DNA of 60,920 bases from the NCBI GenBank assembly GCA_013140635.1, contig JABFSM010000063.1:1-60920 (forward strand), in the 5' to 3' direction. Position numbers and translations under genes: made by a program. The stretch comes from Gemmatimonadales bacterium (GTDB lineage Bacteria > Gemmatimonadota > Gemmatimonadetes > Gemmatimonadales > GWC2-71-9). Below are positions 17,120 to 26,494 of this stretch, in pieces (position 1 is the stretch's first letter; each line of letters begins with the position of its first letter). The notes below the pieces were generated by a model, which worked only from the letters and a program-made list of their open reading frames with translations, was not told the DNA's origin and ran no database searches.

Positions 17120-20100
17120 CCGGGGGACCGGTCCGGACCGGGGAGCACGAGGCCTCGGTGGTGGACCAGGAGAATCCCTGGCCCGGGCTCGCGCCGTTTG
17201 CCGAAGAGCATGCGCGGTTTTTCCACGGCCGCCAGCGCGAAGTCGAAGAGCTGCTCCGGCGGGTGCGTCTCAATGCACTCACCGTGCTCTACGGCCAGTC
17301 GGGGCTCGGAAAGACCTCGCTCGTTCAGGCGGCCCTCTATCCGAAGCTCCGCGCCGCCGGACTCCTCCCGGTCCCGATCAGGATCACCTACACGGCGGCC
17401 ACCGACTCGCCCCGCGAGCAGATCTGGCGCTGCTGCACCGCCGCTTTCACGGCCGAAGGGATCACCCCTCCGCCCTTGCCGGAGGGTGAATCGCTGTGGG
17501 AGTACTTTCACCGCCATACGGTCCGCTTCGTCACCAAGAGCGGCCACCCCGTCGTTCCGGTCTTGGCGTTCGACCAATTCGAGGAACTGTTCACCATCGG
17601 GAGCGAACGCTCCGCGGACCGTTCGTTCGCCCGCGACTTGGTGGACGAACTGGCGGCGCTGGTCGAGAACCGGCCGTCGGAGGTGGTGGAAGGCCGCTTC
17701 GAGCGCGACCCGAAACTCGTCGCCCAATTCGATTTCGACCGCCAGGACTACCGGGTCCTGATCAGCCTGCGCGAAGACTACCTCGCGCACCTGCATTGGC
17801 TCTCGCGCAAGATGCCTTCGGTCACCCAGAACAACATGCGCCTAACGCCCCTGGACGGCGTGCGGGCGCTCGACGCGGTGATCAAGCCGGGGGGGCGGCT
17901 GGTGACGCGGGAGGCCGCCGCCGCGATCGTACGCTACGTGGCCGGCACCAGCGACGAACGCCGGGAACAGGGGCTCGCCGGGCTTCCCGACCCCGATACC
18001 GGAGACTTCCGCTCCCACAACGATGCGACCTCGATCGAGTCGCTGACCGTCGACCCGTCCTTGCTGAGCCTCTTCTGCAGCGAGCTCAACAACAAGCGGA
18101 AAGACGAGGCCCTCCCCGCGATCACCCCCGAGTTGGTCGAGTCGAATCGCGAAGACATCCTGCGAAACTTCTACGCGCGCGCCCTGGCCAAGTTGCCTGA
18201 AGGCGTACGGCATTTCATCGAAGAGAGTCTCCTCACCGAGTCGGGGTTCCGGGAAACGCTGGCTCTCGACACCGCCCAGTCGCAACTTCGGCGGCGGGGC
18301 GTCGATCCCGCGGTGCTGACCACCCTCGTCAATCGCCGCCTCCTCCACCTCGAGGAACGGGGGGGAATGAAGCGGGTGGAGCTCACGCACGATGTGCTGG
18401 CGCCGGTGGTGCGGCAGAGCCGAACCGAACGGCAGCAACGGGAGCGGGTGGCCGCCGAGCAGGGCAGGCGGGAGCTGGAGCTCGAAGAAGCCAGGCGCCT
18501 GGCCCAGGCGGCCCAGGAAGAGGCGGAGCGGCGGCAGGCGGAGCAAGCGCGGGAGCTCGCGCACGTCCAGCGGCAGCGCAAGCAGGTCCTGTTCTTCGGC
18601 ATCGCGATGGCGGTGGTGGCGGGCTTCGCCATCTACCAGACTATTCAGGCCGGCCGCCAGAGCGCCGAAGCGGAACGACAGCGGCAAGAAGCGGTGAGTG
18701 GCCGGCAGGAGGCCGATCGCGAACGCGATAGGGCGCGGCTTCTTGCCGACTCGGTGAGCCTCCAAAACGGCCTGCTCGCGACCAACCAGACCGCGCTCGA
18801 GCGGCAGACCGTCAGCGCCGAAACGGCCCGCGACCAGGCCACCCTGGCGCAACGCGCGGCCGACAGCACGCGCCGGATCGTTACCGAGCAGCTCGCGGAC
18901 ATGTGCCGCTACAGCAAGGAGCTCGGCTCCAAACTGGCCGACACCGCCAGCGCCAACCAGGCCACGGAGCGGCTCTACGCGGCGCTCGTGACCACGTCGG
19001 ATACTTACATCAAGGAAATGCGCCGAAAGGATCCCGGCGCGCTCTGCCCGCTGCAGCTCGAGACCAGGTTCGAGACCATCGGCGCCCGGCAGCTATACAA
19101 TCAGGCCCGCGCCCTCCCCGCCCGCGATTCGATCGCCGCGCTGGCGTTGGCCCGGGAACATGCGATGGATGGCGTCCGGTCGCTGGCGGAGCTCGCGGCG
19201 CGGCCCGATAGCGAGTCGCGGGAGATCGCCGTCGCGGCACACCTCGAATACGTCTCGCTCCTCCCGTTATTGGTCGCGACCGATTCGGCGCGGCTCTATC
19301 GCACCTACCTGGATACCGCCGAGCGGGTGGCGCGGCACGGTCTGGCGCTCCTCGAGGAGCGCGACCCCGCCCGGGACCGGATGGCCTACTATCGCCGCGC
19401 GCGGATGCACATGCTGCGCGCCGCGGTGTTCCGTCCGGAAACCGGAGGCGAGGACTCGGCCCGGGCGTCGCTCGGGCGCGGCCTAGCGGTCGTCGCGGAG
19501 GGGATGCGGCACCCGAACCAGAACAAGGAATTCCTTTACTACGCCGCCGGCGAATTGCATTCTCGGCTGGCGCGGCAGGATAGCGCCTCGGGACGGGGGC
19601 GCCAGGCCATCGCGCACGCGCGCGAACTGCTCGACGCGGCGGTGGGGCAGTTCCGCGAAGTGCGCTCCGGGTTCAACTACGACTACCTGGGCTGGTCCTA
19701 CGAGCGCCTCGGCAATCTGCTCCGGGCCGAGGGGGACAGCGCCGGCGCCCGAGTGGCTTACGACAGCTCGGAGGTGGTGCGCGCCCGGCTCGCCGGCGAG
19801 GAGCGGCCAAGCCCCGCCACCCCGGACGATGCGGAGAGCGCGCGCCTCACGCTCTATCAGTTCCGCACCCGGCTGATCGACGCGGAGCGGCGGGCCGGCG
19901 GTGACCCCGCCCGCATTCTCACCAGAAGCCAGGGGCTGGTGACGACCGCCGAACGGATGGCGCTGCCCACCACCGCCACGACCCGGCAGCGCAACCGCCT
20001 GGGCGTCGCGTACAATGTGCTGAGCCGGGCCCTCCTCGCCACCGGAGATTACTACGGTTACCTGGCGCAGCAGCGCCGCCGTATCGAGATCGATTCCGCG

Positions 20101-20628
20101 TTCGTCGTCCAGTCGCGGCACCACCCCGATACCCTCGAGATCCTCGCCAGGGCATATGAAGAGGTGGCGACGGTGTCGGACTCGTTGGCCCAGCGCGCCG
20201 ACGCGGTGCGCTTTCAGCAGCTCGGGGCGAACCGATGGCAGCAGGTGGTCGATACCCTCACCCTGCGCCGCGGCGTCTCGGCGGCCGCGCTGCGCGCGGC
20301 CAGGCGCTCCTTGGCGGGCGCCCATGGCAACCTGAGCTGGTATCATCTGTTCAACCGGGAGCCGGCGCTCGCCGTGAGCCGCGCGCGCGACGGGATCGCG
20401 GCCGATTCGACTCAGACCTTCATCTACACCAATCTCGTTTCCGGGTTGCTGCTGAGCGGGCGGGCCGATTCCGCGGAGGTCTATTTCCGCCGCATGCGCG
20501 ACGTCGTCTACGGCACGAGGCCGCGGCGCTTCGGCGACCAGGTCATCATCGATCTGGGCGACTTGGCCAAGGCCGGCGTGGCCAAACAGGCCGATGTCGA
20601 CCGGGTGCGGGGTTGGGCCCGGCCCTGA
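17116..20628 (+). CDS. STAND-class P-loop NTPase with central TM helix and C-terminal helical-repeat (TPR-like) region
   Basis: NPWPGLAPFAEEHARFFHGRQREVEELL precedes Walker A GQSGLGKTS (17293-17319). Walker B-like VPVLAFDQFEELF and ISLREDYL follow. Next come a charged coiled coil, the hydrophobic helix VLFFGIAMAVVAGFAIYQTI, and ~650 aa of helical repeats. Start set at ATG 17116: the 16900-17115 extension overlaps the TIR coding region and is Arg/Gly-rich. Confidence 0.75.
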   Translation: MTGGPVRTGEHEASVVDQENPWPGLAPFAEEHARFFHGRQREVEELLRRVRLNALTVLYGQSGLGKTSLVQAALYPKLRAAGLLPVPIRITYTAATDSPREQIWRCCTAAFTAEGITPPPLPEGESLWEYFHRHTVRFVTKSGHPVVPVLAFDQFEELFTIGSERSADRSFARDLVDELAALVENRPSEVVEGRFERDPKLVAQFDFDRQDYRVLISLREDYLAHLHWLSRKMPSVTQNNMRLTPLDGVRALDAVIKPGGRLVTREAAAAIVRYVAGTSDERREQGLAGLPDPDTGDFRSHNDATSIESLTVDPSLLSLFCSELNNKRKDEALPAITPELVESNREDILRNFYARALAKLPEGVRHFIEESLLTESGFRETLALDTAQSQLRRRGVDPAVLTTLVNRRLLHLEERGGMKRVELTHDVLAPVVRQSRTERQQRERVAAEQGRRELELEEARRLAQAAQEEAERRQAEQARELAHVQRQRKQVLFFGIAMAVVAGFAIYQTIQAGRQSAEAERQRQEAVSGRQEADRERDRARLLADSVSLQNGLLATNQTALERQTVSAETARDQATLAQRAADSTRRIVTEQLADMCRYSKELGSKLADTASANQATERLYAALVTTSDTYIKEMRRKDPGALCPLQLETRFETIGARQLYNQARALPARDSIAALALAREHAMDGVRSLAELAARPDSESREIAVAAHLEYVSLLPLLVATDSARLYRTYLDTAERVARHGLALLEERDPARDRMAYYRRARMHMLRAAVFRPETGGEDSARASLGRGLAVVAEGMRHPNQNKEFLYYAAGELHSRLARQDSASGRGRQAIAHARELLDAAVGQFREVRSGFNYDYLGWSYERLGNLLRAEGDSAGARVAYDSSEVVRARLAGEERPSPATPDDAESARLTLYQFRTRLIDAERRAGGDPARILTRSQGLVTTAERMALPTTATTRQRNRLGVAYNVLSRALLATGDYYGYLAQQRRRIEIDSAFVVQSRHHPDTLEILARAYEEVATVSDSLAQRADAVRFQQLGANRWQQVVDTLTLRRGVSAAALRAARRSLAGAHGNLSWYHLFNREPALAVSRARDGIAADSTQTFIYTNLVSGLLLSGRADSAEVYFRRMRDVVYGTRPRRFGDQVIIDLGDLAKAGVAKQADVDRVRGWARP

Positions 20629-20635
20629 CCGCGGC

Positions 20636-21589
20636 ATGGACGCACCTAACGCCACCGGCACCGCCGAGCTGATCCGGCTCCGCGCGGCGATCCCCGAGGG
20701 CGTCCATCTCGGCACCACGACATGGAACTACCCCGGCTGGCGCGGGATCGTGTACAGCCGCGACTATCCCGCCAAAGGGGCGGGAGCGGAGATGCTCGCC
20801 GAATACGCCCGGCACCCCCTCTTCGGCACCGTCGGCATCGATTCGAGCTTCTACGCCCCGCTCACCGAAAAGACGCTCAAGAGCTATGCGGACGCCTTAC
20901 CGCCCGGTTTTCGCTGCATCAGCAAGGTCTGGGACCGCATTACGGTCAAGACCTTCGCGAAGCCGCGCGACCAGGCGCGGGCGGGAGAGCCGAATCCCGA
21001 CTTCCTGAACGCCGACCTCTTCGTTCGAGAGGTGTGGGATCCGTGCCGGAAGCATTTCGCCGAGCATCTCGGTCCCTTCGTTTTCGAATTCCAGACCATT
21101 GCCGGACGCGAGAAGATCGGCCCCCGGGAGTTTGCCGAGCGGCTCGACATGTTTTTCGGCAAGCTGCCGACCGAAGGGCGATACGCCGTCGAGGCGCGCA
21201 ACGCGGAATTCCTCACGCCCGCCTATTTTGCCGTCCTTCGCGGGCACGACGTCGCCCACGTGTTCAACTCGTGGACCCGGATGCCCTCGATCGGGATGCA
21301 ACTCGACCTCCCCGGCTCCGTCTCGGCGGGGTTTCTGGTTGCGCGCGCGCTGCTGACTCCAGGACGGTCCTACGAAGCGGCGCTCAACGCGTTCAAGCCC
21401 TACGATCGGATTCGGGAGCCGAATCCGGCACTGCGGCGAGATCTGGTCCGGGTGATCGAAACCGCGAAGCGCCTGCGCATTCCGGCCTACGTACTGGTGG
21501 GCAACAGGGCCGAGGGAAACTCGCCGCTTACGATCCGAGCGGTTGTGGAGCAGCTCGCCGGTGGGCCGCCCGGCGAAAGCGCCGCTTAG
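20636..21589 (+). CDS. DUF72 family protein
   Basis: LGTTTWNYPGWRGIVY...FGTVGIDSSFY...FVFEFQ...NSW are typical of DUF72/UPF0759. Start moved to ATG 20636, just after the STAND stop. Confidence 0.8.
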   Translation: MDAPNATGTAELIRLRAAIPEGVHLGTTTWNYPGWRGIVYSRDYPAKGAGAEMLAEYARHPLFGTVGIDSSFYAPLTEKTLKSYADALPPGFRCISKVWDRITVKTFAKPRDQARAGEPNPDFLNADLFVREVWDPCRKHFAEHLGPFVFEFQTIAGREKIGPREFAERLDMFFGKLPTEGRYAVEARNAEFLTPAYFAVLRGHDVAHVFNSWTRMPSIGMQLDLPGSVSAGFLVARALLTPGRSYEAALNAFKPYDRIREPNPALRRDLVRVIETAKRLRIPAYVLVGNRAEGNSPLTIRAVVEQLAGGPPGESAA

Positions 21590-21911
21590 CCGGCTTCCGC
21601 CCCCGGCCGGCGGCGGCATGCGCCGCCTGGGCCAGCCGCGCCAGGTGGGCAAGCTCGCTTCCGTAGGGCACCTCGACCCAGCCATGGGTGAGCGCGAGGT
21701 GCTCCGAGAGAAACGGGCGAGCACCACCCGCCGTGAGCGTGTCGGTGCGGAGCGGCTCGGGCAGGCGAAGAATCAGCGCATCACCACCGAGCACGGCAAA
21801 CATCCGCTCGCCATGAAAGAACGCGGAGGTGCCGAAGAGCTTTCGGATACGGATGGGCACCAGAGTGGCGAGTGAATCCCGCACCAGTGCCGCCCGGGGA
21901 GCGACCGTCAT
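21528..21911 (-). CDS. TfoX N-terminal domain-like protein
   Basis: VRDSLATLVPIRIRKLFGTSAFFHGERMFAVLGGDALILRLPE resembles TfoX_N. The basic C-terminal tail overlaps the DUF72 3' end by 62 nt and may be ORF run-on. Confidence 0.55.
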   Translation of the reverse strand: MTVAPRAALVRDSLATLVPIRIRKLFGTSAFFHGERMFAVLGGDALILRLPEPLRTDTLTAGGARPFLSEHLALTHGWVEVPYGSELAHLARLAQAAHAAAGRGRKPAKRRFRRAAHRRAAPQPLGS

Positions 21912-21972
21912 GCTGAGATGCTACCGCCGATCCGGGACCGCCGCCAGATGGCGGGCTTTTGGGGGGGGGCCG

Positions 21973-22551
21973 CTACTGTGGCGGCCGCTCGCTCGACGGC
22001 GGGACGATCCCCTTGAGGCGGAGATAGACCGCCAGATAGCCGTACATCTCGTTGTTGTGCGCAATGAGATTGGCCACCGTTCCCCCGTGCGCGACCGGGA
22101 TCGTCATCGCCACGCCGTTGGGCGGCGTCAGGGTCACCATCCGATTCTCGGTCAGCCGCTCCGCGGTGAGAGAACCGATGAATTCCCCGCAGAACGCGAA
22201 CGAATCGGCGAGCGCCTTGACCAGCACCTCTTTGCCGGTTCCCGGCGCGGAAAGGTCTGTCCCGCTCTGCGGGTGCTTTCGTCCGAGCAGATTGGAGCAG
22301 ATGTTGAAGTTGCTCGCGGCGGCATGCCAGACTCCGCCGCCGAAGGTGCGCATGCCCGCCGCCGGCTCGAAGCCGTAGGCGTCCGCGGGCATCTTATCCG
22401 CCATGCGCGTCAGGAGGGATTGAACGCGGGCAAACTGGGATTGAAGCTGTTTCTCCGTTGGCTGCGGGCCCACGGGTGCCTGGGCATGGCCGAGTGTCGG
22501 GCCGGCGAGCAGAGAGGCGGCCGTCGCGGCAGAGAGAAGCAATGCTCTCAC
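21973..22551 (-). CDS. Secreted DinB-superfamily-like protein
   Basis: Signal peptide MRALLLSAATAASLLAGPTLGHAQA. Four-helix pattern with conserved His (VWHAAASNF...AHNNEMYGYLAVYLRLKG) resembling DinB_2. Confidence 0.5.
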   Translation of the reverse strand: MRALLLSAATAASLLAGPTLGHAQAPVGPQPTEKQLQSQFARVQSLLTRMADKMPADAYGFEPAAGMRTFGGGVWHAAASNFNICSNLLGRKHPQSGTDLSAPGTGKEVLVKALADSFAFCGEFIGSLTAERLTENRMVTLTPPNGVAMTIPVAHGGTVANLIAHNNEMYGYLAVYLRLKGIVPPSSERPPQ

Positions 22552-22609
22552 GATGATTCCAAGAGTCGGGGATGCTGTCCCTACGCGAACCCTTGGCCGG
22601 GGTTTCGCG

Positions 22610-23824
22610 TCACCGAAGCGCCGTCAGCAGCTCATCGCTTACCCCGGCGATCGCGGCAACCCGCGCGATCGTCTCCCCGATCTTGTTGTTCGGCGTCGAC
22701 GCACCGGCGGTAATGCCGATCGAGCGCACCCCCTCGAGCCATCCCACTTCGGAGCGCTCCGCCTTGGCGCCGATCGGGCGGAATCGCAGCGCGCCGCTCG
22801 CGGGGTCGATGCAGTCCGAGTCCTCGATGTGGTAGGTCCGAATCCCGTGGTTCGCGCAGAGCTCGGCCAGGTGCGCCGTGTTGCTCGAGTTGTAGCCGCC
22901 GACCACGATCATCACCTCCGGGTGCCGCTCCAGCAGCTTGATCACCGCGTCCTGGCGCTCCTGGGTGGCGGAACAGATCGTATCGAAGGTCCGCACATGC
23001 GCCTCCACGTCCGCCGGCCCGTACTTCCGCAGCATCGCCCGGCGCACTTCGTCCGCAATGGCCAGCGACTCGCTCGAGAGCATTGTGGTCTGATTGGCGA
23101 GCCCGATCCGTTCCAAGTCGCGCACGAAATCGAAGCCGGGCGACATCGCCTCCGCAAACCGCTCGGCCAGCGCGCCGGCATCGCCGCCCCGCTCGACGAA
23201 GTCCAGGACGAGACGCGCCTCGTCCATGTCGAAGACCACGAGATACCGGCCCCCCGGGTACTTCATCACCTGGCTTGCGGTCGCTTTGGTTTCCTCGTGC
23301 CAGTACTTGCCGTGGATCAAGGCGGTAAACCCGTCCTTCGCGTAACTCTCGACCCGCTTCCAGACGTTGAGCACCGAACCGCAGGTGGTGTCGACGCGGA
23401 TGCACCTCATTTGCCGGAGCCGTTCGAAGTCGTGGATGGTGACCCCGAACGCCGGCATGATCACCACGTCCTCCGGACCGAGCCGCGAGAAATCGAATTC
23501 TCCCCCGGCCTTCCGATGGAGAAAGGTGATCCCCATGCTCTCGAGCTTGGCGTTGACGTGGGGGTTGTGGATGATCTCGCCAACGAGGAAGAGGCGCCGG
23601 TCGGGAAACTTGATCCGGGTCTCGTAGGCGTAGTCGACGGCCCGGTCGACGCCGTAGCAGAACCCGAATTCGCGGGCGAGGTGGAACGTCAGCGGGCCGA
23701 CCACCAGTTCGTGGTTGCGGGCCCGCAGCACCTCGATCAGGTGCGAATGGTAGTCCGCCGAAAGGAGGCCCTCGATTTCGGTCTTGAGCCCGAACCCCTT
23801 CCGGAAATACGTGGCGTCGGCCAT
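22610..23824 (-). CDS. ispH: 4-hydroxy-3-methylbut-2-enyl diphosphate reductase (long form)
   Basis: Three cluster-ligand Cys contexts: GFCYGVDRAV, DTTCGSVLNVW, DTICSATQERQ. Also VVGGYNSSNT and ITAGASTP. Confidence 0.9.
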   Translation of the reverse strand: MADATYFRKGFGLKTEIEGLLSADYHSHLIEVLRARNHELVVGPLTFHLAREFGFCYGVDRAVDYAYETRIKFPDRRLFLVGEIIHNPHVNAKLESMGITFLHRKAGGEFDFSRLGPEDVVIMPAFGVTIHDFERLRQMRCIRVDTTCGSVLNVWKRVESYAKDGFTALIHGKYWHEETKATASQVMKYPGGRYLVVFDMDEARLVLDFVERGGDAGALAERFAEAMSPGFDFVRDLERIGLANQTTMLSSESLAIADEVRRAMLRKYGPADVEAHVRTFDTICSATQERQDAVIKLLERHPEVMIVVGGYNSSNTAHLAELCANHGIRTYHIEDSDCIDPASGALRFRPIGAKAERSEVGWLEGVRSIGITAGASTPNNKIGETIARVAAIAGVSDELLTALR

Positions 23825-23832
23825 GCGGGAAT

Positions 23833-24345
23833 CTAGGGGGCGCCGGGCCGGTTGGCGCGCCCGCAGGGGTTGGAAGCCGGGGTGAGGCTCGCCGCGGCGA
23901 ATCCGCCGGTCAAGGTGAGCGTGTCGGGGCCGACGAGGGCCTTGAGCTTGACCGACAACGTGCCGGCCACTCGGCCGGAACCCCCCTCGGTGACGGTCAC
24001 CTGTCCGCTGGTGGCCTCGAACCCCTTGATCGCAAATTCGTCAACCCATCGCAGGGCGGCGCTCGCATAGGGGCGAATGGCCAGAAAATTCTTGGCCGGG
24101 TAGACGGGGTAGGCACCGATCCGCAGCGAGTCCTGCGCCACCAGCATCAGGCCCAGCACCGTATCGCCCGAGAAGGCGGTGATCTCCAGCAGCGAATCGG
24201 CCGCGCACCAGCGGGTCTCGAGCGCGGCCTCGAATTCGCCCCGGGCGGAGCCGGTCCACTGGAGGGCCAAACGGCCGCCGGAGCCGGCATCGCGGCTGCG
24301 GCCGCACGCCGCGGCGAACAGCGCGGCGAGGAGGAGGGTGCGCAT
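23833..24345 (-). CDS. Hypothetical secreted protein or lipoprotein
   Basis: 170 aa. MRTLLLAALFAAACG is a lipobox-like signal. Sits 9 nt upstream of ispH on the same strand. No recognised domain. Confidence 0.5.
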   Translation of the reverse strand: MRTLLLAALFAAACGRSRDAGSGGRLALQWTGSARGEFEAALETRWCAADSLLEITAFSGDTVLGLMLVAQDSLRIGAYPVYPAKNFLAIRPYASAALRWVDEFAIKGFEATSGQVTVTEGGSGRVAGTLSVKLKALVGPDTLTLTGGFAAASLTPASNPCGRANRPGAP

Positions 24346-24388
24346 GGGGGAAAGCTAGGCCCCGCCGAGCGGCGGGGCCACGGTTAGG

Positions 24389-24838
24389 CTACGAGGCCTG
24401 CGCCCACTTGCTGCGGCCGTCCCGGTGGAGGCCGTAGGCCCGAAGGCGCCGCCACAGGGTGGTCCGACTGATACCCAGGCTCTTGGCGGTTTCGGCCAGC
24501 CGCCATCCATGCTCATCGAGCGACCGCACGATCGCTTCGCGCTCCCGTTCGGCCAGCGTGGTGGGGCCGACACTCCCTTGAATGAACATGGCTTCGCCCA
24601 GGTCGAGGCTGCCCACTCTCAGGGGTTTGAGCCGCCCTCCAAGTTCTGCGAGCGCGGGCATCAGGTCGGAAGCGGGGCGGGATAGGTCGAGCCCCAGATC
24701 TCTCGCCTGCTGATTGGCGTAGGAGACCTTCCCTTCCTGATCGAACACAATCACTCCCTCGCTAAAGGCGTCGAGCAGGGCCTTTGCCAGGGGCGAAAAG
24801 ACGGAGGGGAGTGGAGTTGGGTGGTTGTTGGCCGTCAT
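24389..24838 (-). CDS. PAS-like sensor + Fis-type HTH protein
   Basis: N-terminus (LLDAFSEGVIVFDQEGKVSYANQQARDL) is PAS-like. C-terminus (EREAIVRSLDEHGWRLAETAKSLGISRTTLWRRLRAYGL) is a Fis/NtrC-type HTH. No AAA+ domain. Confidence 0.7.
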   Translation of the reverse strand: MTANNHPTPLPSVFSPLAKALLDAFSEGVIVFDQEGKVSYANQQARDLGLDLSRPASDLMPALAELGGRLKPLRVGSLDLGEAMFIQGSVGPTTLAEREREAIVRSLDEHGWRLAETAKSLGISRTTLWRRLRAYGLHRDGRSKWAQAS

Positions 24839-24945
24839 GTCTAGGGATACGTCCCGCCGGAAAGTTTGGTTTCAGAAAGGAACTCCACTCATGGACTCCG
24901 TCGCAAGCCCATCACCTCAAAGCATTTCCAGGCATAGGGAAGGCT

Positions 24946-25851
24946 CTAGGGAGTGGCCGGGGCGATGCGTCGCGCGCGCCATTCCGCCACGATAACCGCG
25001 GCCACCCCGGCGAAAATACCGAGCCCAGCCAAGGCGGTCCGGGTGGTCAGGTGTTCCCCTTCCAGCACCAGCGGGGCAACCGCGGTGGTAAGGAGGGGCT
25101 GGAGGTAGATAAAGCTGGTGACCAAGGTCGGAGAGGCCCGCTTGAGCGACCAGAGGTTCAGGAAGTAGGTGACCGCGGTCGGAAAGACGACCATGTACGC
25201 AAGCCAGCCCAGCAGGGAGGAGGTCAGCCCTTCGGGGTGGATCCCCCCTGCGGCCTGCACCCCAAGTGGAATCATCCCAACCAGCCCGGCGATGGAAAGG
25301 CAAAACGCCACCGTGACAGGGGCGAAGCGCTCCAGCATTCGTTTCGACAGAAGAAAGGCGAGGGCGTTGAACGCCATCCCAAGCAAGACGAGGACATTCC
25401 CGAGCGCCACGTCGGGCGCGAGCGAGACGCGGTCCGGACCGATCAGGTAGACCGCCCCGAGTGCCGCGACTCCCACCCCGGCCCACTTGAGTGCCGAAGG
25501 CCGATCCTGACCGAAGGCCCAACCGAAGATCACGGTAAAGATCGGGATCATCGGGATGAGGATCGCGGCGTTGATGGCGGTGGTCCGGGTGAGCCCTAAG
25601 AGAATCAGGAGCTGATTGCCTGCCCCGCCAAGGACACCGAGTAGCGCAAAGCTCGCCCAGTCGCGAAAGGTCGTGGGGCCTTTGCCGCCCTGTCGGAGCG
25701 CCAGATGGGCCAGGTAGAAGGCGATCGAGGCGATGATCATCCTCAAGGTGACGATGACCGCCGCAGGAACAACGGGGAGGATAAGCTTCCCCAGGATTAC
25801 CGAGCTGGCGTAGATGACCTGGACTATAAGGAGGGCTAGGACGACGAGCAT
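24946..25851 (-). CDS. DMT superfamily (EamA-like) transporter
   Basis: 301 aa, about 10 hydrophobic helices in two EamA-like halves. Divergent from a TetR gene. Confidence 0.85.
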   Translation of the reverse strand: MLVVLALLIVQVIYASSVILGKLILPVVPAAVIVTLRMIIASIAFYLAHLALRQGGKGPTTFRDWASFALLGVLGGAGNQLLILLGLTRTTAINAAILIPMIPIFTVIFGWAFGQDRPSALKWAGVGVAALGAVYLIGPDRVSLAPDVALGNVLVLLGMAFNALAFLLSKRMLERFAPVTVAFCLSIAGLVGMIPLGVQAAGGIHPEGLTSSLLGWLAYMVVFPTAVTYFLNLWSLKRASPTLVTSFIYLQPLLTTAVAPLVLEGEHLTTRTALAGLGIFAGVAAVIVAEWRARRIAPATP

Positions 25852-25876
25852 TGCTCTTTGTCTTTCAATGACTTAC

Positions 25877-25900
25877 GTTTGAATGGTCGGTCAGTCAAAC
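25877..25900. promoter_or_regulatory. Candidate TetR operator in the DMT/TetR divergent intergenic region
   Basis: GTTTGA-N12-TCAAAC with perfect 6-bp arms. The inner 20 nt are 14/20 self-complementary. Lies 23 nt upstream of the TetR ATG. Confidence 0.35.
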
Positions 25901-25922
25901 AACAAAAATCGGGGCACGGCCA

Positions 25923-26441
25923 ATGAAAGACACGATCCTCTCCGCCGCCATCGACGTCATTGCCCTCCACGGACTGAACAATTGGACAGTGGAGGAGGTC
26001 GCCAACCGGGCCCACTGCGCCAAGGGGCTCGTCAACTACCACTATCGCTCCAAACAAGATCTGCTCGCCCGTGCCGCTGAGACAATCCGAGACAACCGGT
26101 CGGCCCGGCGGCTTGCCACAGCCCAGCATCCCGGTACCCAGGCTCTCGACCGGCTCTGGAGCACCCTGACCGAGGAAGTCGATTCCGGGTGGTTCGCCGC
26201 TTGGATCAGCCTCGTCGCGGCAGAGTCTCCCTATCGTCGAGCGGCCGCCGGAATGCCCTCCGAGGCCAAGGGCTTTGCCCTGGCGCTCGGCCGGTCGTTG
26301 GAGGTCGGAGACCGGCTAGTCCCTCACGCACCACTGCTCCACGCCGTTCTCGATGGCTTGGCGCTCCGACTCCTGCAGGGAGCCCCCGCCTCCGAGACGG
26401 AGGAAGCCTACCACCAATTCTGGCTGACGGTACTACCCTGA
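25923..26441 (+). CDS. TetR/AcrR family transcriptional regulator
   Basis: N-terminal HTH: ILSAAIDVIALHGLNNWTVEEVANRAHCAKGLVNYHYRSKQDLL. Confidence 0.85.
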   Translation: MKDTILSAAIDVIALHGLNNWTVEEVANRAHCAKGLVNYHYRSKQDLLARAAETIRDNRSARRLATAQHPGTQALDRLWSTLTEEVDSGWFAAWISLVAAESPYRRAAAGMPSEAKGFALALGRSLEVGDRLVPHAPLLHAVLDGLALRLLQGAPASETEEAYHQFWLTVLP

Positions 26442-26494
26442 CGCGGCGGGGCCGCGGTAGGTTGCGGCCCGTACTCCAGCCGAGCTCGGTCAAT

